Shown one piece after another: positions 1-7,603 of a DNA stretch of 64,000 bases (the stretch's first letter is position 1; each line of letters opens with the position of its first letter). The notes beneath the pieces are model-generated. The model had not been told where the DNA came from. It saw only the letters and a list, made by a program, of their open reading frames with translations, and ran no database searches. Both the position numbers and the translations under genes were made by a program. Source of the stretch: a virus. Lineage: Duplodnaviria; Caudoviricetes. The DNA lies in the IMG/VR virus record IMGVR_UViG_3300042554_001750. The stretch is one strand, 5' to 3'.

Positions 1-4
1 TGGT

Positions 5-1366
5 ATGAAGGCTCGTAAGTCTAGTGCTAACGCACTGGTTGATCTGTTCTATAACATCGGTGCAAGCCGTGGTAAGAACATTGTACCTGCTTTTACCTCT
101 GCCTATGTCCAAGATAAGGACTTGGCATTGCGTATCGCATTGTGGGCCCGCGATGCCCGTAGTGGAGCAGGCGAACGTCAATTGTTCCGTGATATCTTGA
201 CTCATTTGGAAAAGACTGATCCCGATGCGGCAGTCCGTCTGTTGAACAAGGTACCTGAACTTGGTCGTTTTGATGACTTGTTTGTTTTCAAGTCAAAGGA
301 CATGAAGGCTAAGGCTTACACTCTGTTGGGTGATAACCTTCGTGTTAAGAATGGTCTTGCGGCTAAGTGGACTCCTCGTAAGGGCCCTGTTGCCCGCGAA
401 ATCCGTGAGTTCTTCGGCATGAGTCCTAAGAACTACCGTAAGACTTTGGTCTCTATGACCAATGTCGTTGAATCACAAATGTGTGCCAACGACTGGGACA
501 ACATCAACTTCAGCCATGTTCCCTCACAGGCTGCACGAATCTACAAGAAGGCGTTCAACCGTCATTCTGTTAAGTTCGCAGAGTATGTACAGAAGTTGGT
601 TAGTGGAGATAAGACTGTCAAGGTTAACGCCGGCGCGATCTATCCTCATGATGTCCTGAAGGGTGTGATCAATGCATATGGTCGTGCGTCTTATGACAAG
701 ACCGAGTTGGATCACATTGTTGCGCAATGGGATGCATTGCCTAACTATGTTGGTGATGCTAACATCATGCCGCTTGTTGACGTTAGTGGTTCTATGACTT
801 GCCCTGCAGGTAAGAACACTAACGTTCGTTGCTTGGATGTTTCAGTCTCATTGGGATTGTACTTGGCTGATAAGAACAAGGGTGCGTTCCACGGAACCTT
901 CTTGACTTTCAGCGAAAAGCCTGAATTGATGACCCTAAAGGGTAACATCGTTCAAAAGGCTGATCAAATGATCAAGTCAACTTGGGGCATGAGTACCAAT
1001 CTACATGCGGCTTTTGACAAGATCCTTAGCACCGCAGTTAAGAATTCTGTTCCTAACAGCGATATGCCAAAGATGTTGTTGATCCTTAGCGATATGCAGT
1101 TCAACCAATGCGTCCGTCATGATGACTCAGCAATGGAAATGATTGAACGCAAGTATCGTGACGCAGGCTACGAAATGCCAGCAGTGGTTTTTTGGAACTT
1201 GAACAGTAGCGACAACGTTCCTGTCAAGTCAGACAAGAGTGGTGCGGCACTTGTGTCAGGGTTCAGCCCAAGCATCATGACTAGTCTGTTGTCAGCAGAC
1301 CCGCTGGAATTCACTCCAGAAGGTATGATGATGAAGACCATCATGGCAGATCGTTACGATTGCTAA
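5..1366 (+). CDS. DUF2828 / vWA-domain (TROVE-like) protein, probably 5'-truncated by the window edge
   Basis: N-terminal LVDLF..RDARSGAGER helical region and C-terminal vWA MIDAS-like VDVSGSM plus LILSDMQF; frame is open to the window start. Confidence 0.75.
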   Translation: MKARKSSANALVDLFYNIGASRGKNIVPAFTSAYVQDKDLALRIALWARDARSGAGERQLFRDILTHLEKTDPDAAVRLLNKVPELGRFDDLFVFKSKDMKAKAYTLLGDNLRVKNGLAAKWTPRKGPVAREIREFFGMSPKNYRKTLVSMTNVVESQMCANDWDNINFSHVPSQAARIYKKAFNRHSVKFAEYVQKLVSGDKTVKVNAGAIYPHDVLKGVINAYGRASYDKTELDHIVAQWDALPNYVGDANIMPLVDVSGSMTCPAGKNTNVRCLDVSVSLGLYLADKNKGAFHGTFLTFSEKPELMTLKGNIVQKADQMIKSTWGMSTNLHAAFDKILSTAVKNSVPNSDMPKMLLILSDMQFNQCVRHDDSAMEMIERKYRDAGYEMPAVVFWNLNSSDNVPVKSDKSGAALVSGFSPSIMTSLLSADPLEFTPEGMMMKTIMADRYDC

Positions 1367-1374
1367 TGGACTAT

Positions 1375-1406
1375 AAAGTTATATCGGATTAATCCGATAT
1401 AACTTT
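1375..1406. repeat. Perfect 32-bp palindrome
   Basis: AAAGTTATATCGGATT followed by its exact reverse complement AATCCGATATAACTTT. Confidence 0.95.
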
Positions 1407-1426
1407 TCTAGGAGTTATAATTTAAA

Positions 1427-2032
1427 ATGTTTGAAAAATTACAATTAATAAATCCTCATCCTAGCACAGAGTCTATATATGTAGGTGATATTCCTGCTGA
1501 AATTTTTTCAGAAATACAAACTAAGGTCAGTAAACTTCAAAAAAATTTTTTTGCAGTGTCTAAACTAACTTCTATGAATAAAAGTTTAGTTGGTCAAATA
1601 GAAAACTCGGTAAGAATGACTCCTCTACCTAGTTTAGAATCTTTCTTAAAAAACTTCTTTAAAGAAAATATATCAACTAAAGACATTGAAATTCATAGTA
1701 ATTGGGTAAACTTTCAAAAGAAAACAGAATACAATCCCAATCATACTCATACCGGTGACTGGGCATATGTGATATGGGTTAAAATACCCTTTTCATTTAA
1801 TGAAGAGGACATAGCACCCAATTCTATTCATTCAAGCACGAAAACTAATGGAAGATTTGAATTATCCTACATAAATGAAAATCTAGAAGTTACTTCAAAA
1901 AAGCTTGAAGTTGATTCAAAATTTGAAGGAAAATTTATTTTATTCAGATCCAATACACGGCATTGTGTATATCCATTCTATACCTCAGATGACTATAGAA
2001 TTTCTATGGCAGGAAATATTATATTTGTATAA
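1427..2032 (+). CDS. Putative 2OG-Fe(II) oxygenase
   Basis: NWVNFQKKTEYNPNHTH (HxH), distal H in RHCVYPF, terminal RISMAGN; typical phage 2OG-oxygenase pattern. Confidence 0.7.
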   Translation: MFEKLQLINPHPSTESIYVGDIPAEIFSEIQTKVSKLQKNFFAVSKLTSMNKSLVGQIENSVRMTPLPSLESFLKNFFKENISTKDIEIHSNWVNFQKKTEYNPNHTHTGDWAYVIWVKIPFSFNEEDIAPNSIHSSTKTNGRFELSYINENLEVTSKKLEVDSKFEGKFILFRSNTRHCVYPFYTSDDYRISMAGNIIFV

Positions 2033-2035
2033 ATA
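2028..2035 (+). promoter_or_regulatory. T4-type late promoter box TATAAATA
   Basis: Exact TATAAATA just upstream of a structured non-coding stretch. Confidence 0.65.
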
Positions 2036-2040
2036 AAATT

Positions 2041-2312
2041 GCAACTAGGTAAGTGTATAACGACACTTTAAACAAGATTGTGGACGCACATGATTCGGCC
2101 TAGTTCAACGATCACTCGGCTTACACTTTGCCGTAATCAAAAGTGGGTAGGCAGTTACCATATCTGCCGGGTACGCACGAACTTGACCTTAAGGCCCGCG
2201 ATGTATGGGCGACTTAAAAATATCGTGGGGCAGAACTTGACTGTCCATATGGAGACAAGTAGGACGGAACCTTACACCCATGTCGGGGCTTGGTAGTGCG
2301 AGTAGCCGACAT
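2041..2312 (+). ncRNA. Candidate ~270-nt structured RNA of unknown family
   Basis: Stems 2043-2049/2099-2105, 2051-2056/2063-2068, 2079-2082/2087-2090, 2150-2154/2164-2168, 2280-2286/2306-2312; GC-richer than its flanks; no ATG-started ORF with an RBS. Confidence 0.55.
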
Positions 2313-2317
2313 TCTTC

Positions 2318-2346
2318 TTGACAATAATTCCTACTTAGTATATAAT
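2318..2346 (+). promoter_or_regulatory. sigma70-type early promoter for the tRNA array
   Basis: TTGACA-17-TATAAT perfect consensus. Confidence 0.85.
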
Positions 2347-2401
2347 AAGTGCATACGCTGAGAAATCGGCAATGCTCTTTAACAGTTTATTGGTTTTATT
2401 T

Positions 2402-2478
2402 GGGACGTTAGCTCAGTTGGTAGCAGCACTCGGCTTTTAACCGATAGGTCATTGGTTCGAACCCAATACGTCCTACCA
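2402..2478 (+). tRNA. tRNA-Lys(UUU)
   Basis: Cloverleaf, anticodon loop CTTTTAA, GGTTCGA T-loop, encoded CCA. Confidence 0.93.
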
Positions 2479-2585
2479 TATTAAAACACATTCAAGGCAA
2501 AGTACAAGCCTGGCAGAAGGTGCAGCCTTGCCCCGTATGGAGCAATGGTGGACGGTGCTACTCCGTCGAGTGTGTTTTAATATGG
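2476..2585 (+). ncRNA. Candidate ~110-nt structured RNA with tRNA-like arms
   Basis: 17-bp closing stem 2476-2492/2569-2585, inner stem 2493-2498/2525-2530, T-arm-like GACGG-TGCTACT-CCGTC at 2551-2567. Confidence 0.55.
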
Positions 2586-2592
2586 TATCTTT

Positions 2593-2668
2593 GCTCGGTT
2601 CGTCTATCGGTTTAGGACGCTAGCCTTTCACGCTGGAAAGACGGGTTCGATTCCCGTACCGAGTACCA
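2593..2668 (+). tRNA. tRNA-Glu(UUC)
   Basis: Cloverleaf, loop CTTTCAC, GGTTCGATTCC, CCA. Confidence 0.93.
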
Positions 2669-2682
2669 GTATTAAATACAGT

Positions 2683-2877
2683 ATGATTGTTGAAACCGTT
2701 AAAACTTATACTCATTGGGCCCGTGATAATATTGTTACCAAACAATATGTCACCGAAGTGGACAATAGCAATAAAAGAGTTTTAACAGTTATTGAAAATT
2801 CTTACATGCCCTACAGTATCAGAGGTGAGTTGCAAAAAGAAGATACTAAAGGTAAACATATTGATGTAAAAGTTTAA
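2683..2877 (+). CDS. Hypothetical protein in the tRNA array
   Basis: 64-aa ORF preceded by a TAAATA box, fills the inter-tRNA gap. Confidence 0.55.
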   Translation: MIVETVKTYTHWARDNIVTKQYVTEVDNSNKRVLTVIENSYMPYSIRGELQKEDTKGKHIDVKV

Positions 2878-2880
2878 AAC

Positions 2881-2965
2881 GGAGATGAAGCATCAATGGT
2901 GATGCAGTGGACTGTAAATCCGCCGCCTTATGGCACGACTGGTTCGATCCCAGTAATCTCCACCA
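2881..2965 (+). tRNA. tRNA-Tyr(GUA)
   Basis: Loop CTGTAAA, long variable arm, GGTTCGATCC, CCA. Confidence 0.93.
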
Positions 2966-2972
2966 AGATATT

Positions 2973-3049
2973 GCACCGTTAGATCAGTTGGTTAGATCGC
3001 ATGCCTGTCACGCATGAGGCCAGGGGTTCAAGTCCCCTACGGTGCGCCA
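2973..3049 (+). tRNA. tRNA-Asp(GUC)
   Basis: Loop CTGTCAC, GGTTCAAGTCC, CCA. Confidence 0.93.
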
Positions 3050-3053
3050 AATT

Positions 3054-3130
3054 GGTCGGGTATCTTAAGAGGAAGTAGAGCCTCCCTCATAAGGAGGAAT
3101 GTGGGATTTCGAGCGTCCCCCTGACCACCA
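3054..3130 (+). tRNA. tRNA with CAU anticodon (Met or Ile2), non-canonical T-arm
   Basis: Acceptor GGTCGGG/CCTGACC, anticodon arm CCTCC-CTCATAA-GGAGG, T-arm GGGA-TTTCGAGCG-TCCC, CCA. Confidence 0.8.
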
Positions 3131-3145
3131 GATAAATAATTTTGT

Positions 3146-3222
3146 GCGGGTATAGTGTTTAACGGTAGCACGGCAGCCTTCCAAGCTTTAAGAGAGGAGT
3201 TCGAATCTCCCTACCCGCTCCA
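3146..3222 (+). tRNA. tRNA-Gly(UCC)
   Basis: Loop CTTCCAA, GTTCGAATC, CCA. Confidence 0.92.
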
Positions 3223-3223
3223 G

Positions 3224-3252
3224 TTGACAATATGTATGAAATCAAATATACT
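3224..3252 (+). promoter_or_regulatory. Internal sigma70-type promoter in the tRNA array
   Basis: TTGACA-17-TATACT, followed by a GATAAATA late-like box near 3270. Confidence 0.7.
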
Positions 3253-3284
3253 TCATACTTGTTCTTTAAGATAAATAGTTTTTT

Positions 3285-3369
3285 GCCCTGGTGGTGTAAT
3301 TGGTAGCCACGCTGGTCTTAGAAGCCAGTGCTTAATCGCGTGTCGGTTCGAGTCCGACCTAGGGCACCA
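3285..3369 (+). tRNA. tRNA-Leu(UAG)
   Basis: Loop CTTAGAA, long variable arm, GGTTCGAGTCC, CCA. Confidence 0.93.
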
Positions 3370-3412
3370 CAATTTATTGGGAAATCACTTGCCTAGAGGA
3401 ATAAATACTTAT

Positions 3413-3967
3413 ATGAAAAGAGTTTATATAAGTGATATGCCCTGGGAAGAAATACAAAGGCACTACAACGAAGGAATGTCTTTGCGTGATTTACAGAAAA
3501 AGTTCAGAATTAGTTTTAAAACTTTTCAAAAAGCAAAAAAATTGAACTTATTTGTGCCTAGAGATTTATCATCAGCAATGAAAATAACTTTGATGATTAA
3601 CCCTAGAAATTACTCACATATAAGAAAGAACAGGTCAGCACTTAAAAATTATAGGGCTGATTGTACTTTTAAGTTTAACTTGTCAGATTATCCTGACGAA
3701 TTCAATTTTGAATTGATTGAAAGCTATGGTTGGTATAAACCCAAAAATAGGGGCGATAATATCAATGGTGTTAGCAGAGACCATGCAGTAAGTGTAAAAT
3801 ACGGGTTCGACAACAATTTACCTGCTGAACATTTGGCTCACCCTGCTAATTGTGTTTTAATGAGACACGGTGATAATGTGTCTAAATATAGCAAGATATC
3901 AATGTCTTATGAAGAATTGCTCAAACGCATTGAAGCATGGGACCAGAAATATGGGGGATTGGTATAG
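3413..3967 (+). CDS. HNH-like homing endonuclease with N-terminal HTH-like region
   Basis: SRDH...HPANC...N..K HNH-type motif; ATG at 3413 after an ATAAATA box; inserted between tRNAs. Confidence 0.65.
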   Translation: MKRVYISDMPWEEIQRHYNEGMSLRDLQKKFRISFKTFQKAKKLNLFVPRDLSSAMKITLMINPRNYSHIRKNRSALKNYRADCTFKFNLSDYPDEFNFELIESYGWYKPKNRGDNINGVSRDHAVSVKYGFDNNLPAEHLAHPANCVLMRHGDNVSKYSKISMSYEELLKRIEAWDQKYGGLV

Positions 3968-4027
3968 TTGGGAACACGATGCCCTTGCAAGGCATAGTCA
4001 GCGGTTCGACCCCGCTATCCTCCACCA
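3953..4027 (+). tRNA. tRNA-Ala(UGC)
   Basis: GGGGGAT/ATCCTCC acceptor with G3:U70, loop CTTGCAA, CCA. Confidence 0.92.
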
Positions 4028-4033
4028 ATCAAT

Positions 4034-4109
4034 TGCGGCCGAGGGAGACAGTAACCCGCCAGTCTCATAAGCTGGAGATACCTGGTGCGACTCCAGGGGT
4101 TCGCAACCA
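4034..4109 (+). tRNA. tRNA-Met(CAU), initiator-like acceptor end
   Basis: Starts TGCGG and ends CGCAACCA; loop CTCATAA; T-loop TGCGACT. Confidence 0.82.
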
Positions 4110-4152
4110 ATTAATATTTTTATTCTATATCTTATAGATAAGTAAGTTTACT

Positions 4153-4228
4153 CTCGGATTAGTATAGCCTGGTAGTATCCGTGCTTTGGGAGCATGTGGC
4201 GGGGGTTCAAATCCCTCATCCGAGACCA
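4153..4228 (+). tRNA. tRNA-Pro(UGG)
   Basis: Loop TTTGGGA, GGTTCAAATCC, CCA. Confidence 0.92.
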
Positions 4229-4245
4229 TTTAAATTGAGGAAAAT

Positions 4246-4377
4246 ATGGCAGCAAAAAGTGAACAAAGAAAGAGTGTTGTAAAGCGTACTAGTCAAGGCG
4301 GTAGTAGCCCCAAGACCAGTTCAATGAATAAAACTGAAAAGCGTAGTTTCAAAAAGAATAGAGGACAAGGCAAATGA
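4246..4377 (+). CDS. Small basic hypothetical protein (43 aa; not in ORF track)
   Basis: GAGG RBS; MAAKSEQRKSVVKRTSQGG...NRGQGK. Confidence 0.55.
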   Translation: MAAKSEQRKSVVKRTSQGGSSPKTSSMNKTEKRSFKKNRGQGK

Positions 4378-4550
4378 GTGGCAAAGGTAGTAGTCCAAGA
4401 CCTTTTAGTGTGTCTCAAGAAGAATACGCAAATCGCTGGGACGCTATCTTTGGACGAGATTTAACTGATGATCTTAAAGTTAAGGAAGATGAACAAGCAT
4501 TGGACGAAGCTTTTGATCAAATAGAAACAGAGCAAGAAATTCGTAAATGA
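4374..4550 (+). CDS. Small hypothetical protein (58 aa; not in ORF track)
   Basis: ATGA overlap with the upstream stop; MSGKGSSPRPFSVSQEEYANRWDAIFG. Confidence 0.55.
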   Translation: MSGKGSSPRPFSVSQEEYANRWDAIFGRDLTDDLKVKEDEQALDEAFDQIETEQEIRK

Positions 4551-4556
4551 AATATT

Positions 4557-4632
4557 GGATCGTTAGCTCAGTTGGTAGAGCGGCGCCCTTACAAGGCGTA
4601 GGTCGGCGGTTCGAACCCGTCACGATCCACCA
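4557..4632 (+). tRNA. tRNA-Val(UAC)
   Basis: Loop CTTACAA, GGTTCGAACCC, CCA. Confidence 0.93.
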
Positions 4633-4647
4633 ATAATAAATAATGTT

Positions 4648-4797
4648 ATGAAATTGTTTGAGGCAACAATAAGAGTTAATGGTAAAGAGTTTAAAGATAG
4701 AGTCGGCGCAAACAACGCTGAAGAAGCTAAACTCTTACTGCAACAACGACATGGTCCAAGAGCCGTTCCTTATTTGCCAAAAATGATTCCAAGTTAA
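4648..4797 (+). CDS. Small hypothetical protein (49 aa; not in ORF track)
   Basis: ATAAATA box upstream; MKLFEATIRVNGKEFKDRVGANNAEEAK... Confidence 0.55.
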   Translation: MKLFEATIRVNGKEFKDRVGANNAEEAKLLLQQRHGPRAVPYLPKMIPS

Positions 4798-4798
4798 T

Positions 4799-4872
4799 GC
4801 GGGTATGATGTAAAGGTAACCTGAATCCTTGCCAAGGATTATTTGCGAGTTCGATTCTCGCTACCCGCTCCA
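4799..4872 (+). tRNA. tRNA-Gly(GCC)
   Basis: Loop TTGCCAA, GTTCGATTC, CCA. Confidence 0.92.
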
Positions 4873-4874
4873 AA

Positions 4875-5456
4875 TTATTTTATCCCAATTACCATAAATC
4901 TTTTATACTCAAAGTGTGAGTAAACAATGGGTAACTCATCCTTAAACAAGATTTGTTCTAATGGGTATTTGTCTATAATAGAATCAATAGTGGGTGTATA
5001 GTCTTTTATATACCATGGATGATCTGTGATATCAATGTCGGTAGCTTGTAAACACACAATGCTACCTTTTTTTATGTTTGGAAACCAATCTCTGTTTTCA
5101 AGGTGTTCAATTGAACAGTTGATGTAAATCAAATCACCCTCATGATTGGTATAATCAATATGATTGATATCAACTAAATGATTTTGTATTTTAGGTTCTT
5201 CATAGTTCCAAGCATCAGTAATTTGATTCGCAATAGTTATAGATGAAGTATCAATGTCGTAAGAATGAATTTCTTGATACTGATGACCTTTACGGACACT
5301 AAGCATAAAGCCCAAAATATTAGTCCAGCCGGCTAGAATATGCACATTGTACTTTACATCATTTTGTATAATATTTTCTAATTCATTGCATAGCCAAAGT
5401 TTGCTTTTAATCAAACCATGCTTGAACGATTCAAAAGTTTCAAACTCTTTTCCCAT
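4875..5456 (-). CDS. Putative class I SAM-dependent methyltransferase-like protein
   Basis: VHILAGW motif-I-like segment, SYDID, YINCSIEH. Confidence 0.5.
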   Translation of the reverse strand: MGKEFETFESFKHGLIKSKLWLCNELENIIQNDVKYNVHILAGWTNILGFMLSVRKGHQYQEIHSYDIDTSSITIANQITDAWNYEEPKIQNHLVDINHIDYTNHEGDLIYINCSIEHLENRDWFPNIKKGSIVCLQATDIDITDHPWYIKDYTPTIDSIIDKYPLEQILFKDELPIVYSHFEYKRFMVIGIK

Positions 5457-5525
5457 AATCTTACTTAGTCATAATTTTGTAACAATTTTTTTATATACTC
5501 TGTATAAATAATCGTAGAGGATATC

Positions 5526-5966
5526 ATGCTTCAATTCATCAAAGACCTAACTGACAAACTACTAGAATTCATTAAAGATGATCCCGTTAGACCCGAAATT
5601 TCAAAAGATTTTCGTGTCAGTGACGGACGAATGGTTGCGGCATTAGTTGATGAAGAACGGAACCCCGAAGCTATGGTATGCGTTAGCTTTCATGACTTTG
5701 TTCCTGAAACTGTAGAAGGATTGAACAAGACTACTCAAGTGCCCACAACTGCGGTATTCTATACAATTTGGAGTTATAAGTCAGGCGCCGGTGCTGAATT
5801 GTTGGCTGCGGCTGTACATGGCATCAAAGAACAATACCCCAGTGTAACAAGGTTTGTTACTTTAAGCCCAAAAACAAACATGGCTAGACGATTTCATTTA
5901 AAGAATGGTGCTATTGTTTTTCGTGAGAACGATGACACAGTAAATTATGAGTACATTACCAGATAA
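5526..5966 (+). CDS. Hypothetical protein (possible GNAT-like fold)
   Basis: TATAAATA box and GAGG RBS upstream; FYTIWSYKSGAGAELL. Confidence 0.45.
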   Translation: MLQFIKDLTDKLLEFIKDDPVRPEISKDFRVSDGRMVAALVDEERNPEAMVCVSFHDFVPETVEGLNKTTQVPTTAVFYTIWSYKSGAGAELLAAAVHGIKEQYPSVTRFVTLSPKTNMARRFHLKNGAIVFRENDDTVNYEYITR

Positions 5967-6396
5967 TGGTAAGATACAATTTATTTACAACACGGATACT
6001 TTTGATGGTGTCCGTGAAACTGTAATTACTAATCTTACAATCAAGGCTAGGAAATTTTTAGAACTTCCACCTAGCTTGGAAGTTGAATTTAAAAAATTAC
6101 CTATGCATATGCATGCTGAAACATTATTGAATCCTAGATTCAATAACAGAATAAGACTGCAGGATATGCTAAACAGCAAAGAAGTTATTGTTCCCTACTT
6201 GCATGAACTTATACACATAAATCAAGTTTACAAAAAAATACTGATTCCTAGAAATAACTCCTATGTGTCATGGAAAAATAGGTTGTATGTTATACAAGCA
6301 AACCAATCTGATCCTGACGAGTGGGCCAAACTTCCATGGGAAATAGACGTTGCCAATCGGCTGCCTACTTTAGTTCAAAATATCCTATCGGCTTGA
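5947..6396 (+). CDS. Hypothetical HExxH metallopeptidase-like protein
   Basis: YLHELIH and LPWEIDV motifs. Confidence 0.5.
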   Translation: MSTLPDNGKIQFIYNTDTFDGVRETVITNLTIKARKFLELPPSLEVEFKKLPMHMHAETLLNPRFNNRIRLQDMLNSKEVIVPYLHELIHINQVYKKILIPRNNSYVSWKNRLYVIQANQSDPDEWAKLPWEIDVANRLPTLVQNILSA

Positions 6397-6452
6397 CAAT
6401 AATTATTTGTTAGTAAGCACTCACTTACCAATATTGTAAGGAATCTGTAAGG

Positions 6453-6481
6453 TTGACAATAAATCAAATTGGGTATACAAT
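6453..6481 (+). promoter_or_regulatory. Phage early promoter
   Basis: GGTTGACAATAAAT-TTGGGTA-TACAAT, 17-bp spacer. Confidence 0.8.
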
Positions 6482-6488
6482 ATGAATT

Positions 6489-6824
6489 ATGTTGAAAGTT
6501 ACCCGTAAGCGCAGATCCGATCGTAATCAGGTCATCTACTTCATTGAGGATGTAGTGACCCGTGAGGTCTATATCGGTCTGACCGCACTCTCATTCAAAG
6601 GCAATGTGTTTCGTACCCTTCGCCGTCGTATGCAAAAGCATATGCAACGGGCCCTTGCTGAAAACAAGGATTGGGGTCTGAGCCGTGCATTGCGTGAGCG
6701 TGGTGCCGAGCGTTTTGTGTTCGGTGTTGTAGAGGTTGTGCGTGGTAAGAAAGCCGCTCATGCACGTGAGACCGAACTTATTAACACTATGCAACCCGCC
6801 CTTAACACTTTTGGAATCAAGTAA
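6489..6824 (+). CDS. GIY-YIG nuclease-family protein
   Basis: VIYFIE...VYIGLT...R...H...E...N pattern. Confidence 0.65.
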   Translation: MLKVTRKRRSDRNQVIYFIEDVVTREVYIGLTALSFKGNVFRTLRRRMQKHMQRALAENKDWGLSRALRERGAERFVFGVVEVVRGKKAAHARETELINTMQPALNTFGIK

Positions 6825-6841
6825 ATAGCCTTCTTAGCCTT

Positions 6842-6867
6842 ATAGGGACTTCGGTCCCTATTTTTTT
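6842..6867 (+). terminator. Intrinsic terminator with UUCG tetraloop
   Basis: ATAGGGAC-TTCG-GTCCCTAT followed by a T-run. Confidence 0.85.
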
Positions 6868-6928
6868 GGCTACCCAACCTACCTATAAATAATGTAGGAG
6901 CAGTAGCATGATTCGGGCAAAAACACTA

Positions 6929-6957
6929 TTGCGGGTTTTTAAGTACCTTGCTATAAT
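6929..6957 (+). promoter_or_regulatory. sigma70-type promoter with upstream ATTCGGGCAAA box
   Basis: TTGCGG-17-TATAAT; box at 6911-6921. Confidence 0.55.
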
Positions 6958-7013
6958 AATAAGTGTCATAGGATTTTTTATTCTGTGGACAAGTGTACCT
7001 GAAGATAATCTAA

Positions 7014-7547
7014 ATGAAACAGAGGTTAATCATGCATCTGAGCAAAGTAAATGAAGCACTAGACCATCGTATTACTGGTGGTAGCGAATATCAATGGGAC
7101 TGTTACGGTCTTGATGTGAGGTTTCTTGACTACGAAAGTGATTACGCACATGCCAGTGTAGTTTTTGATACTACCACACAGACTGTATACGAGGCTACGG
7201 TAAATAGCAAGGACGAGTCAGTTAGGCCATATCGTTGGTTGAATCCTAATACCAAACAAGAATATTTGGATGAATGTAAGGATAGAAACATTGACCCTAA
7301 TGAAGCATGGGACGATGTAAAGTGGGTAGACCTTGAAACTATGGAAGACTTCCTTGACAAGGCTAGTGCTATCTTTAATGGTGAATCATTTGATGAGCGT
7401 GTTCAAGTCCCTCTTGATTTGAGTCGTGATGAGTTGTTCCAACTTATGCAAATGGCGCATGAGCGTGATATGACATTGAATGAATTGGTTGAGGACATTC
7501 TTTGGGATGTAATAAATCGTGAGAAAAAGGTCGGGGTTTTTGAATAA
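7014..7547 (+). CDS. Hypothetical acidic protein
   Basis: 177-aa ORF. Confidence 0.6.
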   Translation: MKQRLIMHLSKVNEALDHRITGGSEYQWDCYGLDVRFLDYESDYAHASVVFDTTTQTVYEATVNSKDESVRPYRWLNPNTKQEYLDECKDRNIDPNEAWDDVKWVDLETMEDFLDKASAIFNGESFDERVQVPLDLSRDELFQLMQMAHERDMTLNELVEDILWDVINREKKVGVFE

Positions 7548-7603
7548 ATAATTTGTCAACTATATAATGCTCAAATGCGTTATATAGTATATAGGAGCAA
7601 GTT

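Noticed and set aside
2078-2296. 72-aa TTG-start ORF
   Set aside because: No RBS, no protein-like motifs, and it lies within a strongly base-paired region better explained as RNA
2041-2312. tmRNA, RNase P, SRP or group I intron identity for the structured RNA
   Set aside because: No tRNA-like ends or tag frame, no GAGGAAAGUCC, no SRP helix-8 motif, no P7 core; only a partial CTCGGCTTAC likeness to RNase P CR-V
2479-2585. Theta (HDV-like) ribozyme after tRNA-Lys
   Set aside because: Begins with a long AU-rich helix instead of a G-initiated P1, and no nested double pseudoknot could be traced
3870-4137. Short ORFs 3870-4070 and 3937-4137
   Set aside because: They run through tRNA-Ala and tRNA-Met genes
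6393-6421. TTGACA at 6393 as a promoter
   Set aside because: No acceptable -10 at 16-18 bp; the functional promoter is more likely at 6453
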